The notes under the pieces are model-generated. The model ran no database searches and was not told the DNA's origin. It worked only from the letters and a program-made list of their open reading frames with translations. The translations under genes were made by a program, and so were the position numbers. Of a stretch of DNA of 64,000 bases, positions 29,219 to 39,638 are shown piece after piece (the stretch's first letter is position 1; every line of letters starts with the position of its first letter). Source of the DNA: an uncultured Pseudomonadota bacterium (GTDB lineage Bacteria; Pseudomonadota; Gammaproteobacteria; DASZBR01); NCBI GenBank assembly GCA_963712965.1, contig CAVQJZ010000007.1, positions 134,015-198,014 on the forward strand. Reading direction: 5' to 3'.

Positions 29219-29245
29219 TTAGCACTCGACCAAAAAGAGTGCTAA
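29219..29245. promoter_or_regulatory. CIRCE element (HrcA operator), perfect consensus TTAGCACTC-N9-GAGTGCTAA
   Basis: Read directly: TTAGCACTC (29219-29227), GACCAAAAA, GAGTGCTAA (29237-29245). The element ends 39 nt upstream of the rpoH ATG at 29284. Confidence 0.85.
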
Positions 29246-29283
29246 ACTGCCTGGCATTGCATTGTTAGAGGATGCCTTTTGCC

Positions 29284-30111
29284 ATGAACCGCCAATTACA
29301 ATCATTAAATATCGCCCTGCCTATTGGCAGTCTTGATGCTTATATCGAGATGACGCGCCGAATTCCCTTATTAAGCCAAGAAGAAGAACATGAACTCGCT
29401 ATTCGCTGGCATGAAAATGAAGATCTTGCAGCCGCACGCCAACTTATTCTCGCTCACTTACGTTATGTCGTTAGCGTTGCTAAAAAATATTCGGGTTATG
29501 GTTTAGCACTTTCTGATTTAATTCAAGAAGGTAGTATTGGTTTAATGAAAGCGGTCAAACGTTTCGACCCTCATGTCGGCGTACGTTTGGTCACGTTCGC
29601 CATGCATTGGATCAAAGCTGAAATTCATGAATTTGTTTTGCGTAATTGGCGCATTGTCAAAATTGCCACCACCAAAGCACAACGTAAATTATTTTTTAAA
29701 TTAAAAGACGCACAAAAACGTTTAGGTTGGGGAAATCAAACAGCCATTAAAAATATTGCGGATGATTTATCTGTCAAAACAGATACCGTCATTGAAATGG
29801 ACGCACGGTTGAATTATCAAGATACTGATTTAGAAGCAATTCTTGATATGGCGGACCATCATGCGGATCCCGCTAAAATTATTGAAAAAAATAGCGATGG
29901 CCAACAACACCAACATTCATTATTAGACGCCCTGGAAAAATTAGATCATCGCAGTCGCGATATTTTAACGAAACGTTGGTTAAATGAAAAAAAATCGACG
30001 CTAGAAGAATTAGCTGCCATTTATCAAGTCTCTATTGAGCGCATCCGTCAAATTGAAAAAGCCGCGTTAGGGAAATTAAGAACAGTTATCGATGCCGCAA
30101 TGACTCGCTAG
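29284..30111 (+). CDS. rpoH: RNA polymerase heat-shock sigma factor sigma-32
   Basis: 275 aa. RpoH box TKAQRKLFFKLK, region 2 DLIQEGSIGLMKAVKRFDP. An alternative ATG lies at 29272. Confidence 0.95.
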   Translation: MNRQLQSLNIALPIGSLDAYIEMTRRIPLLSQEEEHELAIRWHENEDLAAARQLILAHLRYVVSVAKKYSGYGLALSDLIQEGSIGLMKAVKRFDPHVGVRLVTFAMHWIKAEIHEFVLRNWRIVKIATTKAQRKLFFKLKDAQKRLGWGNQTAIKNIADDLSVKTDTVIEMDARLNYQDTDLEAILDMADHHADPAKIIEKNSDGQQHQHSLLDALEKLDHRSRDILTKRWLNEKKSTLEELAAIYQVSIERIRQIEKAALGKLRTVIDAAMTR

Positions 30112-30186
30112 CGCCATTTCTATTAAGGTTCTCTTAATGTTTCTCAGGTAGAATCTCGGTACTTTTTGAGATTTTTGAGGTTTTAA

Positions 30187-33100
30187 GTGGATAGCGTTGG
30201 TTTTTTAGCTCGTGTTTATGGGTTGATGGGAGAAATTTGGAGCTTAGATCCAGACTCGTTGCATGAAAAGGTGCATCATGAGTACGCCAAAAATGTCTTG
30301 GTTTATCTGAACAGCGTTTTGATAGACCCTGAAGTATCTGCTAAAGATCTCCGCGAAGCTTTTACAAAACATTGGCAATTGGTTAAAGGCAATATGCTGT
30401 GTTATACAGCATGTCCGCAAAGTGATGTAACACTCTTGTTGTGTGATATTGCAGAAGCTGTTGCTACTGAACTTGGCATAGAACCCATCGAAGTTTTAAT
30501 GCCAGGCATTAAAACTGAAGCAACGCTTGATGGTTATCCTCCTGATTTAACTAAGATTGATCTCAAAACAATTTTACGTACCCACATTTTAAGTGACGAT
30601 GGAAAACATTTATTACCCGTAAATTGTGTTCTTGAAATTAATTCGCTGCAATCAAAAAAAGCGATTGGAAATCCTTACTATGATCCTGATGTAGACGATG
30701 TGGCGGCTGGATGTATTAATCCCCGCGAGTTGCATCGCATGTTTGAACATAATGTAGATAGTCGCGCATTGCGAGATGTATTAACGCAGCTAGATGGATT
30801 GATGTATGGAGAACATTATTTATTAGGGCAATTAAATCTTCTTTTGAAATATTTGACGGTAGCAAGTGCTTCGGGTGCTGGAGAAGAAATAAATGCGGGG
30901 GAATCTGGCTATGCAGCGATGGCAAGATTTGATGATTTTTATAAACAATTAACCGCGGATGATAAAAATAAAATTCCAGAGAAGCTCAAAAAACAAATTG
31001 AAATTTTATTAAATTTAGATTCAGAACGTTTATTGCTTAGCCGATTTAAATATTATCAAAGGCTTGCTCTTCCACAAAGAGAAAAAAAATATACGGCGGA
31101 AGAAAAGCAAGAATTAGAAGCTGGAGTAACCCAATATGAAAAAAAACTAGAAGCATTTGATCCTAAGGTGGCACGTCAAGAAACTTGTCTCAACACCAGG
31201 CGACGAGTTCTTGCATCAGCTATGTCAGGCCAAGAAGTACTTTTAGGCAACATTGGTTTATCGCAAGAAAACTTAGCTGAGCAACTGACTGCGGCAAAAA
31301 ACAATGTTGAGGCGGCAAAAAAAGATTTAGTAAAAAAATTAACTGTAGGTAAAGTTGAAGGCCAAGACTCATTAGGTTTAAGCCAGCAATTACTTGATCA
31401 GCTTGAAGTGCCTTTCGCGCTCCCCAATCTCGAAACATTTAAAGATTTATTAAAACGAGTGTCCACAGAAGAATTAAAATCGTTGTTAGCAAAAGAAGAA
31501 AATCAACGAGAAATAACTGCCGTTATTGGAAGCTTAGAAAAACTTATTTTGCTTAACACAGAAATCCCGCTGCATTTATTTGTAACGTTCTATCAATGTT
31601 TAGCCAGCGAGCTCAAAGAAACTTTGCTATCAGACAGCGGAGATGTTGGCATGTTGTTAGATATGTTATCGCCAGAACAACAAGGCTTATTCATTAATTA
31701 CTTGATTTCCAAGTGGGTAACATCAAAAGAAGATTTTATTTCTATTCTTAAAAAACTCAGCACACCTTCGCAATGCCAAGCATTTTGCGAAGCGTGCAAA
31801 GACCAAATAATATCAAAAGAAGACTTTATTTCTGTTCTTAAAGAACTCGACACACTTCCGCAATGCCAGGCCTTGGTTCAATCTCATCCTGACACAGCAA
31901 TATATTTGCTGAAAACAGCACTTGTTTCACTCAATGAACTTGGTTCAAAAATACTTGCCTGGCGCCCATTAACAGCTGAATCCACAAAACCTGTTCTAGA
32001 TTTAGTAATAGAATCTACTAAAAACACAGAATTAGAACTTAACGATCTTCAATGGTCGAGCATTGATAAGTCTTCTCATCCCGAGATTAAAAAACTTGTT
32101 ACAGAAAATATAGTATTAAAAGTGCTTTCGACAGACCCTGACAACACCATGCTTACTTGGGATTTTGTAAAATGCATCCTAGCAAGTCCAGTATTAACAA
32201 TAGCACTTGATAAATCTTGCTTAAAAAATACTACTGAGCATTGCCCTGAAATAGCGATATTAATTTTGCAAACATTGGTTAATGATGATACTTGTAATTA
32301 CCCCTCTGACAACGCGAAATTTATTTTGCAAAAATTTTCGATTGAATTTGATGAAAATGATTTGCTTGATATTATCAAGCCTCATCCTGCAGTTGAAAAA
32401 TTTGCTGCAGAAAACCCCATATTGGCAGAACTATTTAAAGACCCCGATTATTTGGTAACAAAAGCCAAATCTGATTTAGATTTTGCAAAACGCATGTTGG
32501 CAATTCCTGCATTCGCGGCTAAATTTAATCGGGATCATTTGCGAGAGCTTGCTAAAATTCATCCTGATCTCGCTAAAATTATTTTTACAATGCCAGAATT
32601 AGCTAATCAGTTTTATGATGATGCGCCTAATTTATTGAACATCTGTGAATCTCATCCTGATACAGCAATATTTATTCTAACAGCATTATTTGATTCGCCT
32701 GACAAACCTGATCCAGAGAAAGACGCTCTACAGAAATTAGTAGCCGAACCTGACCATAAGGCAACAATATCTTTTCTAGAATCATTATTTGATTCATCGA
32801 AAAAACCTGATTCAGAGAAATCTGCTCTGCAAGAATTAGCAGCTAAACTTGATCCATCTCAAGTGTTGCAGATTGCCAAATCTAATCCCGATGCAGCAAT
32901 ATTGATTCTAACAGCATTATTTGATTCATTGAACAAACTTGATTCAGAGAAATTTGCCCTGCACAGATTAGTAACTGAACTTGATCAGTCTCAAGTATTG
33001 AGGATCGCCAAATCTCATCCTACTGTTGCAAAATTTGCTCTAGAAACTGAAGCATTGGTTAATTTATTTGATAACAATTCCTTACGCATCCTTCGCATCA

Positions 33101-34677
33101 GTCAATCTTGCCAACCACCCATAACCTCTGATAATACTTCACGCAATGCTACTGAACCCGATCTAGACAATGCAAAACGCATTCTGGCAGATCCAACATT
33201 ATTGGTGAAGCTCAATAAGCTTGAATTGAAAAATCTTACCGTGGCTCATTCTGAAATAGCAATGTTAACTTTGCGAGCATTAGCTGATGATAAAGCTTCT
33301 GATGACTCTTCTGATGATGCGAAATTTATTTTGCAAACTTTAGCAGCTGAATTTACTAATGATGACCTATTAAATATTGCCAAACTTCATCTTGAAGCAG
33401 GAATGTTTATCTTGAAGGAATTAATTGCCAAATTTAATAAATTTGATCTATGCTGTATCGCCCAGTCTCATCCTGATCTTGCTATATTTATTTTACAAGC
33501 ATTGATTAATTCTTTGGACAAACCTGAGGAAAAAAAATCTGTTCTAGAGAAATTAGCCTCTGAATTTAATGAGTCTGATTTATCAATTATCGCTAAATCT
33601 CACGCGGATGTTCAAAGTTTTGTTACAGAAAACCCCATTTTAACAGCGTTACATAAAGATCCTGATTCTTTATTAGAAGAAGCAAAATCTGATCCGGGCT
33701 TTGCGAAACGCATGCTAACTATTCCTGTATTAGCTGTTAAATTTAATAAAGATCATTTGTATAATCTCGCTAAAATTATTTTAACAACGGATGCATTTGA
33801 TCAACATGCCTTAATAAGCATCGCTGGATCTCATCCTTATACAGCAATATTTATTCTAAAAGTATATTTTGAGTCATGGAATGGACCTCCTAATCCAGAA
33901 AAAATCACTCTGCGGAAATCAATCGTCAAACTTGATGACTTTCAATTATTGCAAATTGCCAAATCTCATCCCGACACAGTAATATACTTATTGAAAGCAT
34001 TGACTTTTTTATTAAATCAAATTAATTCAAAAATTATTGCTTTGCGCCAATTAGAGCCTGAAGACTCTACTAAACCAAGGCTATACGCTCTAGAACAATT
34101 AATGAATGAACTTGATCCGCTTCAATTATCAAGCCTTACCAAATCCACCCATCCTGAGATTAAAAAATATGTGGCAGAAAATCTAATATTAGTGTTATTC
34201 CCGGCAGATCCTATTCTCTGGATAACAGAAACCTGGTCTAATTTAGATTTAGCAAAATTTATACTAGCAACCCCAATATTAATTTGGCGCTTAAATGAAT
34301 ATGCCTTTAAAAAAATTGCCAAATCTCACCCTGAAATAGCGATATCAATGTTGCAAGCATTAATTGATGACAAAGCTTCTAATGATCCCTCTGATGACAA
34401 AAAATTTATTTTGCAAACCTTAGTAGCTAAATTTAACAAAGATGATCTACTTGAGATCGCCAATTCTCATCCTGATGTTGCAAAATTTTCTCTAGAAACT
34501 GAAGCGTTAGTTAATTTATTTGATAAACGCATCCTTCGCATCAGCAAATCTTCTCAGTCTAATGAACCACCCAAGTCTAGTCCTGCCAATACATGGGCTA
34601 GTCTCTTTAATGTGAGACATTCAATTTCTTCTGGCATTGGGTTTATTACTAATAGGATCAAACAAGCGCGACATTGA
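30187..34677 (+). CDS. Giant 1496-aa helical-repeat protein, candidate Dot/Icm substrate
   Basis: GTG start. Uninterrupted 4.5-kb ORF. The C-terminal ~900 aa are built from ~40-aa units (..L..IAKSHPD.A.FIL.AL..SL.KP..EK..L..L..) organised in three super-repeats. Confidence 0.8.
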   Translation: MDSVGFLARVYGLMGEIWSLDPDSLHEKVHHEYAKNVLVYLNSVLIDPEVSAKDLREAFTKHWQLVKGNMLCYTACPQSDVTLLLCDIAEAVATELGIEPIEVLMPGIKTEATLDGYPPDLTKIDLKTILRTHILSDDGKHLLPVNCVLEINSLQSKKAIGNPYYDPDVDDVAAGCINPRELHRMFEHNVDSRALRDVLTQLDGLMYGEHYLLGQLNLLLKYLTVASASGAGEEINAGESGYAAMARFDDFYKQLTADDKNKIPEKLKKQIEILLNLDSERLLLSRFKYYQRLALPQREKKYTAEEKQELEAGVTQYEKKLEAFDPKVARQETCLNTRRRVLASAMSGQEVLLGNIGLSQENLAEQLTAAKNNVEAAKKDLVKKLTVGKVEGQDSLGLSQQLLDQLEVPFALPNLETFKDLLKRVSTEELKSLLAKEENQREITAVIGSLEKLILLNTEIPLHLFVTFYQCLASELKETLLSDSGDVGMLLDMLSPEQQGLFINYLISKWVTSKEDFISILKKLSTPSQCQAFCEACKDQIISKEDFISVLKELDTLPQCQALVQSHPDTAIYLLKTALVSLNELGSKILAWRPLTAESTKPVLDLVIESTKNTELELNDLQWSSIDKSSHPEIKKLVTENIVLKVLSTDPDNTMLTWDFVKCILASPVLTIALDKSCLKNTTEHCPEIAILILQTLVNDDTCNYPSDNAKFILQKFSIEFDENDLLDIIKPHPAVEKFAAENPILAELFKDPDYLVTKAKSDLDFAKRMLAIPAFAAKFNRDHLRELAKIHPDLAKIIFTMPELANQFYDDAPNLLNICESHPDTAIFILTALFDSPDKPDPEKDALQKLVAEPDHKATISFLESLFDSSKKPDSEKSALQELAAKLDPSQVLQIAKSNPDAAILILTALFDSLNKLDSEKFALHRLVTELDQSQVLRIAKSHPTVAKFALETEALVNLFDNNSLRILRISQSCQPPITSDNTSRNATEPDLDNAKRILADPTLLVKLNKLELKNLTVAHSEIAMLTLRALADDKASDDSSDDAKFILQTLAAEFTNDDLLNIAKLHLEAGMFILKELIAKFNKFDLCCIAQSHPDLAIFILQALINSLDKPEEKKSVLEKLASEFNESDLSIIAKSHADVQSFVTENPILTALHKDPDSLLEEAKSDPGFAKRMLTIPVLAVKFNKDHLYNLAKIILTTDAFDQHALISIAGSHPYTAIFILKVYFESWNGPPNPEKITLRKSIVKLDDFQLLQIAKSHPDTVIYLLKALTFLLNQINSKIIALRQLEPEDSTKPRLYALEQLMNELDPLQLSSLTKSTHPEIKKYVAENLILVLFPADPILWITETWSNLDLAKFILATPILIWRLNEYAFKKIAKSHPEIAISMLQALIDDKASNDPSDDKKFILQTLVAKFNKDDLLEIANSHPDVAKFSLETEALVNLFDKRILRISKSSQSNEPPKSSPANTWASLFNVRHSISSGIGFITNRIKQARH
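32650..33040 (+). repeat. Intragenic tandem repeats (~120-130 nt units) within the 1496-aa ORF
   Basis: Three consecutive units encode ...LFDS(P/S/L).K(P/L)D.EK.AL..L...LD.SQVL.IAKS.P... with high nucleotide similarity by eye (e.g. 32650-32760 against 32880-32990). Confidence 0.7.
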
Positions 34678-34682
34678 CAAAA

Positions 34683-35414
34683 CTACTCCGGATTCATCCC
34701 CGTTTGCATAGTTGCTACGCGATCGTTTCTCGGATGCCCTGTATTGTTTTGTGTAATTTGTTTATTACGGCGTTGTAAATACGCATCGCGCACAAATACA
34801 TAAGGATCAAATGCTTGTTTTAATACTGAATCGTAAGGCAACAAATTCGAACGACGATTCACCACATCGGTTGCATACAGCGCAAAACCCGTATTAGTTT
34901 CAATATAAGGATAAATACTGATCACATAATTCACCGGCAATCCTAATGTATCACGCACCGTCGATGGGCCTAAAAATGGCAAGACTAAATAATTGGAATT
35001 GGTGTAACCCCATTTCGCTAACGTCAAACCAAAGTCTTCATTATTTTTTTGCAAGCTCATGTGTGACGCCACATCAAACAAACCACCAATACCTAAAGTG
35101 CTGTTCACTGCTAAACGCCACGTATCTGAAGTCGCTTGATAGAAATTACCTTGCAGCAAATCGTTAAAAATCGTGGGAATTTCATTTATGTTATTAAAGA
35201 AATTGGTGACGCCATCTTTCGCAGGCCACGGCATAATTTTGCTATAAACATTGGCGACAGGTTCTAACACATAATTGTCGATATGTTCGTTAAAAGCGTA
35301 CGACGCACGATTAAAATTTTGATACGGATCGGCAGGATCATACGGACGATTCGTGGTGGCACAACCGCTCAACAAAAGACTCACCACTGCTAGAGACAAT
35401 ACCTTTTTCATCAC
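34683..35414 (-). CDS. mlaA: Outer-membrane lipid-asymmetry lipoprotein MlaA (VacJ)
   Basis: 243 aa. Lipobox LLLSGC. DPYQNFNR..Y.FN...D.....P.A..Y and GLFDVA motifs. Confidence 0.88.
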   Translation of the reverse strand: MMKKVLSLAVVSLLLSGCATTNRPYDPADPYQNFNRASYAFNEHIDNYVLEPVANVYSKIMPWPAKDGVTNFFNNINEIPTIFNDLLQGNFYQATSDTWRLAVNSTLGIGGLFDVASHMSLQKNNEDFGLTLAKWGYTNSNYLVLPFLGPSTVRDTLGLPVNYVISIYPYIETNTGFALYATDVVNRRSNLLPYDSVLKQAFDPYVFVRDAYLQRRNKQITQNNTGHPRNDRVATMQTGMNPE

Positions 35415-35415
35415 A

Positions 35416-36957
35416 TTACCACGCCTGGCTTTGTTTAAATTGAGTAACGGCTTCCTTTAATTGTCCAACAATCTGATCATTGTATTCACACGTTTTATTA
35501 ATTGTCTCCATTAATATCGCATAGTTAGTATGCATATAACGATGTAACTCGCGTTCGAACATAGTAATTTTGCTTAATTCCAAATCATCCAAAAATCCTT
35601 GATCCGCAATAAATAAACTCACTGCCATATCGGCAATGCTCATCGGACTATATTGTTTTTGCTTCATAATTTCAGTGAAACGCTGACCACGACTTAATTG
35701 TTTGCGCGTAACCTCATCAAGATCTGATGCAAATTGCGCAAACGCGGCTAGTTCACGATATTGTGCTAACGATAAGCGCACACCACCACCCAATTTTTTC
35801 ATAATTTTTGTTTGTGCTGCACCACCGACACGTGACACCGATAAACCTGTATTAATTGCTGGGCGAATACCCGCATTAAACAAATCTGTTTCTAAAAATA
35901 TTTGCCCGTCAGTAATCGAAATAACATTGGTTGGAATAAAGGCAGAAACGTCACCTGCTTGTGTTTCAATAATAGGTAATGCTGTTAATGAACCTGTTTT
36001 GCCTTTCACAGCACCTTTAGTCATTTTTTCAACAAATTCTGCATTTACACGCGCCGCACGTTCTAACAAACGTGAATGCAAATAAAAAATATCGCCCGGA
36101 TACGCTTCACGACCTGGCGGACGACGCAATAACAATGAAATTTGACGATACGCCCACGCTTGTTTGGTTAAATCATCATAAATAATTAATGCATCTTCAC
36201 CTTTGTCACGAAAATATTCACCCATCGCACAACCGGCATACGGCGCAATAAATTGTAACGACGCACTATCGGCAGCACTCGCTGCAACAATAATGGTGTG
36301 TTTCAACGCATCGTGCTCTTCTAGTTTTCTCACTACCGCTGCAATAGAAGACGCTTTTTGACCAATAGCCACATAAATACAAATCACGCCGGTATTGCGT
36401 TGATTAATAATGGCATCAACCGCCACGGCGGTTTTTCCTGTTTGACGATCACCGATAATTAATTCTCGTTGGCCACGACCAACCGGCACCATGGTATCAA
36501 TTGATTTAATACCAGTTTGCAAAGGTTGCGTGACAGATTGGCGATGAATAACACCAGGTGCAACTTTTTCAATCGGCGATGTTTGCGTAGCATTGATTTG
36601 CCCACGGCCATCAATCGGCTTGCCTAACGCATCAACAACGCGACCCAACAATCCTTCACCGACAGGCACTTCTAAAATACGTCCGGTGCAACGCACCGTT
36701 TGCCCTTCAGCCACATCTTGCGAATCGCCTAAAATAACGGCACCGACAGAATCTCTTTCTAAGTTTAATGCCACACCAAAAATATTATTAGGAAACGCGA
36801 TCATTTCACCCAGCATCACTTGCGTTAAACCATGAATACGCACGATACCATCGCGCAAGGCAACAACCGTTCCTTCATTATGTGCTTCGGGTGTAATGTG
36901 AAAACGCTGAATGCGTTCTTTGATTAATTCGCTAATTTCAGTGGCGTTAATTGACAT
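35416..36957 (-). CDS. atpA: F1Fo ATP synthase subunit alpha
   Basis: 513 aa. Walker A GDRQTGKT. Full-length C-terminus ...FKQSQAW. Confidence 0.97.
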   Translation of the reverse strand: MSINATEISELIKERIQRFHITPEAHNEGTVVALRDGIVRIHGLTQVMLGEMIAFPNNIFGVALNLERDSVGAVILGDSQDVAEGQTVRCTGRILEVPVGEGLLGRVVDALGKPIDGRGQINATQTSPIEKVAPGVIHRQSVTQPLQTGIKSIDTMVPVGRGQRELIIGDRQTGKTAVAVDAIINQRNTGVICIYVAIGQKASSIAAVVRKLEEHDALKHTIIVAASAADSASLQFIAPYAGCAMGEYFRDKGEDALIIYDDLTKQAWAYRQISLLLRRPPGREAYPGDIFYLHSRLLERAARVNAEFVEKMTKGAVKGKTGSLTALPIIETQAGDVSAFIPTNVISITDGQIFLETDLFNAGIRPAINTGLSVSRVGGAAQTKIMKKLGGGVRLSLAQYRELAAFAQFASDLDEVTRKQLSRGQRFTEIMKQKQYSPMSIADMAVSLFIADQGFLDDLELSKITMFERELHRYMHTNYAILMETINKTCEYNDQIVGQLKEAVTQFKQSQAW

Positions 36958-36967
36958 GAACTTTTCC

Positions 36968-37513
36968 TCAATCTAATAAAGCTTGGCGCATTTGATTTAA
37001 CTTATCGCGTACCGATCCATCCATCACGACTGAATCACCTACACGAATCACCGCACCACCAATTAATGTTTCATCTTGTGAAAACTGCATTTGCGCCTGA
37101 CATTGCAAATGCTCGCTTAACACACGCGTTAATTCGCTCATCATTTTTTCTGTTAACGGACGAGCAGTTGTTACTTCCACACGTGCAGTTTTTTCTAATG
37201 CCGCGCGATACTGACGAAATACTTGCGCTATTTCAGGCAATAAATTTAAGCGTTTATTCAACGCGAGCAATTGCAAAAAATGACGCGCATCATCCGCCAC
37301 ATTTTTTATTTCTTTTTCTGTCAACTCAATAAATAATTGTGCTAACTGTTGATGGCTCCAATGAGGATCACTATAAAGCGCCACCAATTGTGTATTCACT
37401 GCTAACGCCGCCCACAATGAAAAAAGCTCGCTCCAACTATCCAGCGCTTTTTTTTCTACGGCTATTTCAAAAATAGCTTTTGCATAAGGCCTAGCCGCCG
37501 TTAATTTATTCAT
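36968..37513 (-). CDS. atpH: ATP synthase subunit delta
   Basis: 181 aa. [12 protein letters not shown] start. Position between atpF and atpA. Confidence 0.9.
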   Translation of the reverse strand: MNKLTAARPYAKAIFEIAVEKKALDSWSELFSLWAALAVNTQLVALYSDPHWSHQQLAQLFIELTEKEIKNVADDARHFLQLLALNKRLNLLPEIAQVFRQYRAALEKTARVEVTTARPLTEKMMSELTRVLSEHLQCQAQMQFSQDETLIGGAVIRVGDSVVMDGSVRDKLNQMRQALLD

Positions 37514-37998
37514 TAATTCATCTCAGCATTCATTTCACTAACAAAATGTTTTAGCAAATGCTCATCTAGTTGATGATCAATTTTTTGTTGTAGAATTTTT
37601 TCCGCGCCATCAATCGCTAATAATGCCACTTGTTTTTGCAAGGCTTGGCGTGCGGTGAATAACTCTTGTTCAATTTCTGCTTTCGCGACTTTAATTAAAC
37701 GATCACCTTCTTCTCGCGCACGATCTTTAGATTCATCGATGATGCGCGCAGCGCGTTTGTTGGCTTGATCCAAAATATCCGCAGCTTGAATTTTGGCATC
37801 GCGCAACAACTCTAATACTTTGTGATGCGCTAACTCTAATTCGTGCACACCACGCTCAGCCGCCGCTAACCCTTCGGTAATTTTTTGTTGACGTTCGCGC
37901 AACGCTTTTAAAATGGGTGGCCAAATAAAACGCATCGTAATCGCAATGAATACGATGAAAGTGATCATTTGCCCCAAAAGGGTAGCGTTTAAATCCAT
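37513..37998 (-). CDS. atpF: ATP synthase subunit b
   Basis: 161 aa. A single N-terminal TM followed by a long charged helix. Confidence 0.9.
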   Translation of the reverse strand: MDLNATLLGQMITFIVFIAITMRFIWPPILKALRERQQKITEGLAAAERGVHELELAHHKVLELLRDAKIQAADILDQANKRAARIIDESKDRAREEGDRLIKVAKAEIEQELFTARQALQKQVALLAIDGAEKILQQKIDHQLDEHLLKHFVSEMNAEMN

Positions 37999-38001
37999 AA
38001 C

Positions 38002-39466
<1,465 letters not shown>

Positions 39467-39534
39467 ACCACTAAACCTCCGCGCCCCTCACACGAGCGCG
39501 CGGAGTATAATGATTTTGCTTAACAACCGCAATG

Positions 39535-39560
39535 AAAAAACAGCGGTTTAGAAGCTGTTC
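39535..39560 (-). terminator. Weak intrinsic terminator downstream of the LRR/ANK gene
   Basis: Minus strand reads AACAGC-ttctaaacc-GCTGTT followed by TTTTTT. The stem is only 6 bp. Confidence 0.35.
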
Positions 39561-39638
39561 TGTTTATTTGCTTATCTTTAACGACACGATCCACAGCACG
39601 CCAAAAATCTTCTAACAATTTCATCACACGTAAGCTTT

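Noticed and set aside
30187-34677. Possible CRISPR or non-coding tandem array suggested by the periodic repeats
   Set aside because: The repeats are in frame, imperfect and 120-1000 nt long, and they lie inside one continuous ORF. There is no short repeat/unique-spacer alternation.
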